Assembly: GCA_963766075.1 (NCBI GenBank)
Contig: CAVYAN010000083.1
Span: forward strand, 1-18,213
Source of the DNA: an uncultured cyanobacterium
GTDB lineage: Bacteria > Cyanobacteriota > Cyanobacteriia > Leptolyngbyales > Leptolyngbyaceae
DNA: 18,213 nt
Reading direction: 5' to 3'
Every line of letters begins with the position of its first letter. Positions within the stretch are counted from its first letter, which is position 1. This document shows positions 10,570 through 18,213 of this stretch, in pieces. The position numbers were made by a program, and so were the translations under genes. The notes under the pieces were generated by a model. The model made no database searches, was not told the origin of the DNA, and worked only from the letters and a program-made list of their open reading frames with translations.

Positions 10570-11598
10570 ATGGGAAGAGTAGTGGCACTGACAGCCCTTT
10601 CGACAATGGTCCTCGCGGGGGTTTTGAGCGGGTTGGGCCTGACGCCGAGCATGCTCTCGATGCCGATGCGAGCTGCGGTGCCCGTGGGCAGTTCCCCATC
10701 TGACATTTCAGTTACCCCTCGGCCTGATTTAAGGCTACAGGTTCCCTTGGATTCGCTGCCTGCTGTCTCGTCATTCTCGCCACTGCGAGACAGGATCTCA
10801 GCGATTCCCGCCCCCGCCGGGGGATGGGCCGATGCCGATCGCTTCCAACGCATCATGCACCAAGTGCAACCTTTGGCCCAGCGACCCCTCGCAGATGTGA
10901 TGCAGGCGATCGCAGAGGAGCTTTTGGGCAGTCGCTATCGGGAACAGTTGCTCGATCAGACAGAGTCGGAAACCCTGATCATGACACTCACCGAATTTGA
11001 CTGTGTCTTGTTTGTGGAAACGGTGCTGGCTCTCTCGCGGGGTGTCGTTGCCCGGGACTATACCCAGGCTACCTTTGCGGCCCATCTAGAAGATCAGCGC
11101 TATCGCCATGGCAAATTACAGAACTATTGCAGTCGCTTACACTACTGGTCAGAGTGGATTGCTGACAATCAAGCCCGAGGTACGGTCCAGAATATTACTA
11201 CCGCTTTAGGCGGGGAACCCTTGCCCAAAACGCTAAATTTCATTAGTCGCCATCGGCAGCTCTATCCCAAGCTAGTGCAGGATGACGCGATGTTTGCCTG
11301 CGTGCAGCAGATGGAAGCCGACCTGAAAAATCTAAGTATTGACTATATTCCCACCCAAAAAATTGCGGCAATTTATCCCCAACTTCGACCCGGGGATATC
11401 GTGGCGATCGCCACCAACATCCCGGGCTTAGATGTGACCCATACGGGGCTAGCCTATCGTCGAGCTAATGGCAAATTCGGTTTAATCCATGCCTCCCCAA
11501 TTGGGGCTGTAGTCGTCGCACCTGATTTGCAAGCCTATACCCAACGGGTGGAAAGGTCAGTTGGTATTATTGTGGCCCGTCCGGTGGATCGACGGTAG
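10570..11598 (+). CDS. DUF1460 family (NlpC/P60-like) N-acetylmuramoyl-L-alanine amidase-like protein, probably exported
   Basis: Hydrophobic N-terminus; FDCVLFVE (catalytic Cys), YCSRLHYWSEW, GLDVTHTG (His), IHAS and GIIVARP. Confidence 0.85.
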   Translation: MGRVVALTALSTMVLAGVLSGLGLTPSMLSMPMRAAVPVGSSPSDISVTPRPDLRLQVPLDSLPAVSSFSPLRDRISAIPAPAGGWADADRFQRIMHQVQPLAQRPLADVMQAIAEELLGSRYREQLLDQTESETLIMTLTEFDCVLFVETVLALSRGVVARDYTQATFAAHLEDQRYRHGKLQNYCSRLHYWSEWIADNQARGTVQNITTALGGEPLPKTLNFISRHRQLYPKLVQDDAMFACVQQMEADLKNLSIDYIPTQKIAAIYPQLRPGDIVAIATNIPGLDVTHTGLAYRRANGKFGLIHASPIGAVVVAPDLQAYTQRVERSVGIIVARPVDRR

Positions 11599-11640
11599 AT
11601 TACCGTCTGATAAATTATCGTCCGATAAATTACCGTCCAA
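11599..11640. repeat. 15-bp tandem repeat, about 2.8 copies
   Basis: attaccgtctgataa / attatcgtccgataa / attaccgtccaa fills the gap between two convergent stops. Confidence 0.85.
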
Positions 11641-11642
11641 AG

Positions 11643-12332
11643 CTACAACTGATTGACGCTGGATGGTGCATGCTTTAATTGGTGCAAATGCTCGAAGACG
11701 CTCTTGTCACCAATATCGGGCGGGATGGGCTGAATGACTTTGCGAATGGCAAAAATCATAAAAAATACTGCCCAGGTGACCAATAATCCCTGCTCCACCG
11801 ATGGCGGAAGTCCGTGGAGCAAATGGCCTAGCAGCAATAGCGGCACAACCGGCGTTAGCACCTTGGTTTCTATCCGATTAAAACAGAATCCTTCTTTAAA
11901 GAAAATTCCAGTCAGGGCCGCAAAGGTAAAGCCAATCCCCAAAATGTACCCGGGTTGGGTGTACACCGTCAGCGCCAACGGTTCTGGAAAGGTATGGCTC
12001 ACCCAAATTGCCGCGATCGCCCCCACGATCCAAAATCCCTGCAACACGCGATGCAACAACTCAAGATAAATGTGAATCGTCACTAAACTGACACCCAAAG
12101 CTAAGCAGAAAATGGAATAAAGCGGAGTGATGCTGCTCAAAATCACGGGATTGTCGCCTTGCCATAGCACTAGCCCCGTGGCGATCGCAAAGCAAAGCGC
12201 CGCCGTCATTAATCCTGCCCGATAAATCACGACGCTTCGGCGATCATCCTTGGTAATCGTAAAATCGCCAAATTGCCCGGCGTACACTATCGGTTCCCTA
12301 GCTGGGGCTATCTGAGCCTGAGACATGACCAT
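11643..12332 (-). CDS. DUF2301 family integral membrane protein
   Basis: VYAGQFGDFTIT.DDRRSVVIYR, IHIYL, GIFFKEGFCF and PIPPDIGDKSVF; several TM segments; GGAGG upstream (start 12332 or 12326). Confidence 0.82.
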   Translation of the reverse strand: MVMSQAQIAPAREPIVYAGQFGDFTITKDDRRSVVIYRAGLMTAALCFAIATGLVLWQGDNPVILSSITPLYSIFCLALGVSLVTIHIYLELLHRVLQGFWIVGAIAAIWVSHTFPEPLALTVYTQPGYILGIGFTFAALTGIFFKEGFCFNRIETKVLTPVVPLLLLGHLLHGLPPSVEQGLLVTWAVFFMIFAIRKVIQPIPPDIGDKSVFEHLHQLKHAPSSVNQL

Positions 12333-12365
12333 TCCCTCCTATTGCGGTTGCGTGTGTCATCTATC

Positions 12366-12409
12366 TTCTACGGGCGTTCTGCGGGCGTTCTGTGGGCGTT
12401 CTGCGGGAT
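12366..12409. repeat. 11-bp tandem repeat x4
   Basis: ttctacgggcg-ttctgcgggcg-ttctgtgggcg-ttctgcgggat. Confidence 0.85.
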
Positions 12410-12422
12410 GCTCTGAGTCTCT

Positions 12423-12452
12423 TTATTTTTGCACAACTTATTTTTGTACAAC
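12423..12452. repeat. 15-bp tandem duplication including the DUF62 stop codon
   Basis: ttatttttgcacaac-ttatttttgtacaac (1 mismatch). Confidence 0.8.
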
Positions 12453-13265
12453 CACCCGAACTTCATCTCCCACGGCTAGAGCTAAGCGATCGCAGGCTCT
12501 GCCGCCATTGACCGCCACCTCTACCCAGCCATGGCTGCCCACCAAGGCTAACAAATCCCCCGGACTTGCCTCACTATAGGTCAGTCCGCTCAAAATCGTG
12601 CGCTGGCCGACCCTCACCGACCATTGCCGAGCCTGCACCGCATCTCCGGAAATCGTGGTGATCCCATTACCAAAGTGATCAATCGCCTGGATATACCCCG
12701 TCAGCCAACCGGGGCGATCGCCGCTCGGCTTCGACAGGACGGGATTTGCCATCTGGAGTTTGACAAGCGATGGCACCGCGATTTCTGGCCCCAATGCCCG
12801 CCAGGGGACGCCACTGGCCAAATGTGCCGCAACCGGCGCAAAAATGTCCCGCCCGTGGAATGTGCGGCTCGGTGTCGGGGCGCGCCAATATTGAGCTTGT
12901 GTCAACTCTACTGCCCCCAGCACCGCCTGCGTATCGACTACACCGCTGAATAGACCATTATCGGGACCGACTAAAAACCCCAGGGGCTGTGCAGAGTCAG
13001 ATCCCAGGGCCACGGCGATCGCCCGCCGTTGACTGCCCACGCCAGGATCAACCACCGCTATATGCACCGTCCCCGCCGGGAAATGGGGATAGGCTTGCAT
13101 GAGTGCAAAGCGCGCCAGGGCAATGTTTTGAGGTGGAATATGATGGGTCAGATCAACTACATGCACCGTCGGATTCACTTGAGCAATGACCCCTTTCAGG
13201 ATCCCCACGTAGGGATCGCTCAGGCCAAAATCGCTGAGCAGCGTGATGATTCTGGGGGCTGTCAT
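12438..13265 (-). CDS. DUF62 / SAM hydroxide adenosyltransferase (SAM-dependent chlorinase/fluorinase family)
   Basis: ITLLSDFG, VVDPGVGSQRR, GPDNG, SRTFHGRDIFAPVAA, IDHFGN and VEVAVNGG; start overlaps the upstream stop (ATGA). Confidence 0.93.
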   Translation of the reverse strand: MTAPRIITLLSDFGLSDPYVGILKGVIAQVNPTVHVVDLTHHIPPQNIALARFALMQAYPHFPAGTVHIAVVDPGVGSQRRAIAVALGSDSAQPLGFLVGPDNGLFSGVVDTQAVLGAVELTQAQYWRAPTPSRTFHGRDIFAPVAAHLASGVPWRALGPEIAVPSLVKLQMANPVLSKPSGDRPGWLTGYIQAIDHFGNGITTISGDAVQARQWSVRVGQRTILSGLTYSEASPGDLLALVGSHGWVEVAVNGGRACDRLALAVGDEVRVVVQK

Positions 13266-14656
13266 AGGGCGGCTTCCACGTCATCCGCTCGGGTCGGCAA
13301 GGCGGCACTCAGCACCTCTGCGCCCTGTGCAGTCACGAGCACGTCATTCTCAATCCGGATCCCCCGCACATCCGAGAACTCCGCTAATCTTTCCCAGTTC
13401 ACTACCGCGTTATAGCGGGCGCGTCGTGCTGGATCGTTCAGGATGGCGGGCACTTGGTAAAATCCCGGTTCAATCGTAACAACCATGCCCGCTTGCAGAG
13501 GACGATGCAGTCGCAGATAGCCCAGACCAAAGCGATCGCTTCGAGCACGCCCCGTTGCATACCCCGCCAAATCTCCCAAATCCTCCATATCATGCACATC
13601 TAACCCGAGGAGATGCCCAATCCCATGGGGAAAAAACAGTGCATGGGCGTCCATCGCCACCAAATCACTGGCATTACCCCGTAAAATGCCCAGGTCTACC
13701 AATCCCTCGGCTAAAACCTGGGCCGCTAACAGGTGAATATCGCGATATTCCACTCCCGGATGGATCGCGGCAATACAGGCATCATGGGCTGCGAGCACTA
13801 TGTCATAGATATCCCGTTGGGTGGTCGAAAACTTGCCCCCCACAGGCCACGTTCGCGTAATATCCGATGCCCAACCTGTGGCGGTTTCGGCTCCGACATC
13901 CGCCAGTAATAAATCCTGGGGATGAATAGAATGGTGGTACTCCTGGTTATGCAGGACTTCACCCTGCACTGTCACAATGCTGCCATAGGCACAGGTCATG
14001 CCATTGGCAATAATCACACTTTCCATAGCAGCACGCACCTGTGATTCCCGTTGTGCTGTGCGGGTTGCTGTCATCCCAGACTGGTGGGCGGCAATGCTCA
14101 CGGCGATCGCCGCCCGAATTTCCTGCAAGGCTAGTTCGTCATGAATCAGCCTTAAATCGACGATTGCTTTGACTAACGCGAGATCGATATCGGAGTGGAT
14201 GCCCGAGTTGATGTTTTGCAATTGGGTAGTGTCTGACCCGGGTCGCCGTAACAGACTGGATTGTAGCTGGCGCGTTGGGAGGTCGGGGGCGGCGATAGTT
14301 GCGGTGCCCTCAGCCCAGTGAGATAACTCTGCCAGGGGATATACGGCATCGGCCCCGATCGCCTCCGCGATCGCGTCCGGCGTGGGCCCGATCCCATGCC
14401 AGAGTGCACTGGCGGGACTTGCAGCATCCAGAAACAAGTGCATTTTGCCGGCATCCAGGCGAATGACGGCATTTTCGAGGGGTTGTCCAGCAAAGTAGAG
14501 AAAGTGACTGCTGGCGCGAAAAGGATAGGTATTGGCCGGGAAATTGCGTCCACAACTCTGACCTGCCCACAGTAGGACGGGAAAAGGAACCAATTCCGCC
14601 AACCGCTGACGGCGCAATTTTAGGACAGGGGCGATCGCAGGGCTCAGGGTAGACAT
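13262..14656 (-). CDS. pepP: Xaa-Pro aminopeptidase / prolidase (peptidase M24B)
   Basis: YPFRASSHFLY, LLADVGAE, ASDITRTWP, FFPHGIGHLLGLDVHD, TIEPGFY and GIRIENDV. ATG 14656 preferred over 14779. Confidence 0.92.
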   Translation of the reverse strand: MSTLSPAIAPVLKLRRQRLAELVPFPVLLWAGQSCGRNFPANTYPFRASSHFLYFAGQPLENAVIRLDAGKMHLFLDAASPASALWHGIGPTPDAIAEAIGADAVYPLAELSHWAEGTATIAAPDLPTRQLQSSLLRRPGSDTTQLQNINSGIHSDIDLALVKAIVDLRLIHDELALQEIRAAIAVSIAAHQSGMTATRTAQRESQVRAAMESVIIANGMTCAYGSIVTVQGEVLHNQEYHHSIHPQDLLLADVGAETATGWASDITRTWPVGGKFSTTQRDIYDIVLAAHDACIAAIHPGVEYRDIHLLAAQVLAEGLVDLGILRGNASDLVAMDAHALFFPHGIGHLLGLDVHDMEDLGDLAGYATGRARSDRFGLGYLRLHRPLQAGMVVTIEPGFYQVPAILNDPARRARYNAVVNWERLAEFSDVRGIRIENDVLVTAQGAEVLSAALPTRADDVEAAL

Positions 14657-14781
14657 AATGCACGCTACGTAAAGTTGGACATCTGGAAGACATCTGGATT
14701 CTGTCATGGTTCTCAGTGATCTTGAAAGCGCGATCGGGACGGGTGATTGGGAAGGTGTGAGTGCTAAACCCATCCGCATCT

Positions 14782-14862
14782 GTCGGTTTACCGCCCCAGT
14801 TACCCGGCAGAAAGCCGTGACCGCTATCGGTAACTACCCTTCTCCCTTACGGTTTACCTCAA
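14782..14862. promoter_or_regulatory. Cluster of CGG-T(T/A)..-ACC motifs upstream of hsp20 (K-box/Rre1-like)
   Basis: gtcggtttaccg, tcggtaactacccttc and acggtttacc; the middle one recurs upstream of dnaK. Confidence 0.4.
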
Positions 14863-15083
14863 TGCGATTCCTCCAGAAGTTCCCTACATTAGATTCATGA
14901 AACAAAGGCGATTCAAGACATCTCAATCGATCTTAGAAACGCCCTTTTTCAAGTACATCACAAGCACAGGCTTGTCCTAAATCGCAACTTCCCAAGACGC
15001 TTATGCGGCGATCTACTCGTATTTCTCCTCAGCTTCGTGTCCGAAACATCGCAAATTATCAATCAAATTCTGGAGGTCATCCC

Positions 15084-15566
15084 ATGACTATTATTCGTTG
15101 GCAACCGTGGCAAGAAGTGGAAGCACTGCGGCGACAATTTGACCAAATGTTTGAAGAGTTTGCCCCTGCTAGTCGCGATGGTCTACTCACATCCGTCAAT
15201 CGCGCTGTCCGCACCCCTGCCGTTGAGCTGAAGACCACCGACACTGACGTGATTCTACGGGCAGAAGTTCCTGGCATCGCGGCCAAGGATCTGAATGTTG
15301 AAGTCACCCGTGAGGCCGTGGCCATTTCCGGTGAATTCCGGGCGGAAACCCAGGCCGAAGACCATGCCTTCTACCGCTCTGAGTTCCGCTATGGCAACTT
15401 CCGCCGCATTATTCCCCTGCCGGTCGAAGTGCAAAACGACGCTGTAAAGGCGGAATTCAAAGACGGTATCCTGACGCTGCTTCTGCCTAAGCTGAACGAG
15501 GCCAAGTCACAGGTGGTCAAAGTCAACTTGGGCGGTGAGACGTCTCCTGCAGAGGGTTCTCCCTAG
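15084..15566 (+). CDS. hspA: Small heat shock protein, Hsp20/alpha-crystallin family
   Basis: IIRWQPWQEVEALRRQFD, PAVEL, LRAEVPG, SEFRYGNFRRIIPLP and AEFKDGILTLLLPK; SD GGAGGT at 15072-15077 supports ATG 15084. Confidence 0.95.
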   Translation: MTIIRWQPWQEVEALRRQFDQMFEEFAPASRDGLLTSVNRAVRTPAVELKTTDTDVILRAEVPGIAAKDLNVEVTREAVAISGEFRAETQAEDHAFYRSEFRYGNFRRIIPLPVEVQNDAVKAEFKDGILTLLLPKLNEAKSQVVKVNLGGETSPAEGSP

Positions 15567-15734
15567 ATCTTGGGACTACGGCGATAGGGCGGGATTCCGG
15601 TCAAGAGTAGCGGATACCTGGCCAGAAGGATGAAAGGGGAGCAAAGGGAGCGGCGTTGGACGCGACCGTGCGATCGCGGCGCGGATTTTTCCCTCCCCCT
15701 TTCTCCTCCTGCCCGTCCTAACCGCCCCCTGCTG

Positions 15735-15753
15735 GTTCGGTAAATACCCCTTC
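15735..15753 (+). promoter_or_regulatory. K-box-like element upstream of dnaK
   Basis: GTTCGG-TAAA-tacccc matches the left half and spacer of the cyanobacterial K-box as I recall it (GTTCGG-NNAN-CCNNAC); the right half is imperfect. Confidence 0.45.
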
Positions 15754-16019
15754 ATCAGAAGCCCCAACGGAGATCACTATAGAGACAGTAACAGGGCAAA
15801 CTCCGCTACTTCTGTCTGCTGCGGAAATCAGTGGAAATCATCAGTGAAAACATCTGGCTCGGCTATGGGTTGGCCCCCGGCGCACAGCTCGGGTACATGC
15901 CTCTAGCTCGTGACTTCGGTCATCGCTTTGGCGGGTGACTCCGGCGGAAAAGCACTCAAATTGGCGTTCAGCCACTCCTCCCATATTTTTGATTTGTATT
16001 GAATGGAGTTCAAGCACTC

Positions 16020-17924
16020 ATGGCAAAAGTTGTCGGTATCGATTTAGGAACTACAAACTCCTGTGTGGCGGTGATGGAGGGGGGCAAGCCCACTGTAATC
16101 GCTAATGCAGAAGGTTTTCGGACGACCCCATCGGTGGTGGCGTTTGCGAAGAATGGCGATCGCCTCGTGGGGCAAATTGCCAAGCGCCAGTCCGTCATGA
16201 ACCCGGAGAACACCTTTTACTCGGTGAAGCGGTTTATCGGTCGCCGTTTTGACGAAATCACCCACGAGGCCACGGAAGTCTCCTATAAGGTGATGAACAA
16301 AGGCGGCAGCGTCAAGCTGGACTGTCCCGCCCAGACTAAAGAATTTGCCCCGGAAGAAATTTCGGCCCAGGTGCTGCGCAAGTTGAAGGAAGATGCCAGC
16401 AAATATTTAGGCGAAGACGTTACCCAAGCGGTGATCACCGTTCCGGCTTACTTCAACGACTCTCAGCGCCAAGCGACCAAGGATGCAGGTAAGATCGCCG
16501 GGTTAGAAGTGTTGCGGATCATCAACGAGCCGACGGCGGCCTCGCTGGCCTATGGGTTGGACAAAAAGAGCAACGAAACCATCCTGGTGTTTGACTTGGG
16601 CGGCGGTACCTTTGATGTGTCCATCCTGGAAGTGGGTGACGGCGTGTTTGAAGTGCTGGCCACCTCTGGTGACACCCACTTGGGTGGGGATGACTTTGAC
16701 AAAAAGATCGTGGACTTTTTGGCTGAGGAATTCCGCAGAGCTGAAGGAATTGACCTGCGCAAGGACAAGCAAGCCCTGCAACGGCTAACGGAAGCGGCGG
16801 AAAAAGCCAAGATTGAGCTGTCCAGTGTTACTCAGGCGGAAATTAATCTGCCGTTTATCACAGCGACGCAGGATGGCCCTAAGCACTTAGACACCACACT
16901 GACCCGCCAGAAGTTTGAAGAACTCTGCGCTGACTTGATTGATCGCTGCCGCATCCCCGTGGAAAACGCCCTGCGCGATTCCAAGTTGGACAAGAGCGCC
17001 ATTGATGAGGTGGTCCTCGTGGGCGGTTCTACCCGGATTCCTGCCGTGCAAGATGTGGTCAAGCGCGTTCTGGGCAAGGATCCTAACCAAACCGTAAACC
17101 CCGACGAAGTGGTGGCCGTGGGTGCCGCTGTCCAAGCCGGTGTGTTGGCCGGTGAAGTCAAAGACATCCTGCTGCTGGACGTTACTCCCCTATCCTTGGG
17201 TGTGGAAACCCTGGGTGGCGTGATGACCAAGATCATTCCGCGCAACACCACCGTGCCCACCAAGAAGTCGGAAGTCTTCTCGACCGCTGTAGATGGGCAG
17301 AGCAATGTGGAAATCCACATCCTGCAAGGGGAGCGGGAAATGGCCAACGACAACAAGGATTTAGGCGTTTTCCGTCTGGATGGGATTCCCTCGGCTCCTC
17401 GGGGTGTGCCTCAAATCGAAGTCACCTTTGACATTGACGCCAACGGTATCCTAACGGTTTACGCCAAGGATAAAGGCACGGGCAAGGAACAGTCCATCAG
17501 CATTACTGGGGCGTCCACCCTGCCCAAGGATGATGTGGAGCGGATGGTTCGCGAGGCTGAAATGAATGCGTCTACCGACAAGGAACGGCGTGAGAAAATT
17601 GACCTGAAGAACCAAGCCGATTCGTTGGCCTACCAAGCTGAGAAGCAAATGGCGGACTTGGGCGATAAGGTGCCTGCTGCTGAAAAGACCAAGGTGGAAG
17701 GACTGGTGAAGGATCTAAAGGATGCGATCGCTCAAGAAAACTTTGATAGCATCAAATCCCTCACCACAGATCTGCAACAGGCACTGTATGCCATTAGCAG
17801 CAATCTGTATCAGCAGTCTGGCGGTGAGGCTCCTCCTACGGGTGATGAGCCGGGTCCAGGGCCTTCGGCTTCCACGGGGGGCGGCGATGATGTGATCGAC
17901 GCTGACTTTACCGAAACGAAGTAG
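16020..17924 (+). CDS. dnaK: Chaperone DnaK (Hsp70), DnaK2-like
   Basis: [42 protein letters not shown] and C-terminal [12 protein letters not shown] upstream of ATG 16020. Confidence 0.99.
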   Translation: MAKVVGIDLGTTNSCVAVMEGGKPTVIANAEGFRTTPSVVAFAKNGDRLVGQIAKRQSVMNPENTFYSVKRFIGRRFDEITHEATEVSYKVMNKGGSVKLDCPAQTKEFAPEEISAQVLRKLKEDASKYLGEDVTQAVITVPAYFNDSQRQATKDAGKIAGLEVLRIINEPTAASLAYGLDKKSNETILVFDLGGGTFDVSILEVGDGVFEVLATSGDTHLGGDDFDKKIVDFLAEEFRRAEGIDLRKDKQALQRLTEAAEKAKIELSSVTQAEINLPFITATQDGPKHLDTTLTRQKFEELCADLIDRCRIPVENALRDSKLDKSAIDEVVLVGGSTRIPAVQDVVKRVLGKDPNQTVNPDEVVAVGAAVQAGVLAGEVKDILLLDVTPLSLGVETLGGVMTKIIPRNTTVPTKKSEVFSTAVDGQSNVEIHILQGEREMANDNKDLGVFRLDGIPSAPRGVPQIEVTFDIDANGILTVYAKDKGTGKEQSISITGASTLPKDDVERMVREAEMNASTDKERREKIDLKNQADSLAYQAEKQMADLGDKVPAAEKTKVEGLVKDLKDAIAQENFDSIKSLTTDLQQALYAISSNLYQQSGGEAPPTGDEPGPGPSASTGGGDDVIDADFTETK

Positions 17925-17971
17925 ACGTTCACAAACCGTAGACTTTTACAAAAAGGTCGCGTGTCGCAGAT

Positions 17972-18012
17972 TAAAAAGCAGCCAATATCTTTAAGATATC
18001 GGCTGCTTTTTA
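17972..18012. terminator. Probable bidirectional intrinsic terminator
   Basis: taaaaagcagcc-a-atatct-tta-agatat-c-ggctgcttttta, with A and T tracts on both sides, between convergent genes. Confidence 0.85.
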
Positions 18013-18137
18013 GCATTTCAGGGTTTGGCGTATAAGGTTTGGCGTAGTAGGGGTGAATTGCGCAAGCAATAGCGAGGCTGCTGCCTTGCAGGACGGGGAG
18101 TTGGCGTGACACTGCCGATCTATTGGGCATGAAAAAT

Positions 18138-18212
18138 TTATTGGGCGCGAAGGGGGGTGAACTGTCCCCCCAGTCCTTCGACGATCGCGCGGGTATTGGC
18201 GACGAGCATGTG
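18138..18212 (-). CDS. 3' end of a probable Zn/Mn ABC transporter substrate-binding protein (partial)
   Basis: Not in the ORF track. The minus strand reads HMLVANTRAIVEGLGGQFTPLRAQ*, resembling the C-terminus of ZnuA/MntC-type proteins; only 24 aa are visible. Confidence 0.6.
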   Translation of the reverse strand, partial: HMLVANTRAIVEGLGGQFTPLRAQ

Positions 18213-18213
18213 T

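Noticed and set aside
11599..12452. Short repeats as a CRISPR array
   Set aside because: Units are 11-15 bp, directly adjacent without spacers, and no cas genes are present.
12438..13265. Fluorinase/chlorinase implying halometabolite biosynthesis
   Set aside because: The TFHGRD motif fits the hydrolase (DUF62) branch and there are no biosynthetic genes nearby.
14759..14767. GAGTGCTAA, a perfect right half of CIRCE; also AGCACTC at 15951 and 16013 before dnaK
   Set aside because: In each case the partner half-site 9 bp away is absent, so no full HrcA operator can be claimed.

Overview
Cyanobacterial chromosomal window of mostly core genes, with about 24 HIP1 octamers (GCGATCGC). In order: 5' part of apcE (minus strand), a CpcM-like methyltransferase, the atp1-a-c-b'-b-delta-alpha-gamma ATP synthase operon, an orphan DppB-type permease divergent from a DUF1460 amidase-like gene, a minus-strand trio (Xaa-Pro aminopeptidase, DUF62 SAM hydrolase, DUF2301), then hsp20, dnaK and the 3' end of a probable metal ABC substrate-binding gene. 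I see no mobile element, CRISPR array, RNA gene or clearly new system. Most notable: (1) single-base frameshifts in two adjacent phycobilisome-related genes (apcE at about 604, cpcM at about 2829-2833), most likely sequencing or assembly errors; (2) G-U-rich stem-loops flanking the high-copy subunit genes c and alpha; (3) a motif shared upstream of hsp20 and dnaK; (4) short intergenic tandem duplications. All gene calls rest on recognising protein motifs by eye, without database searches.
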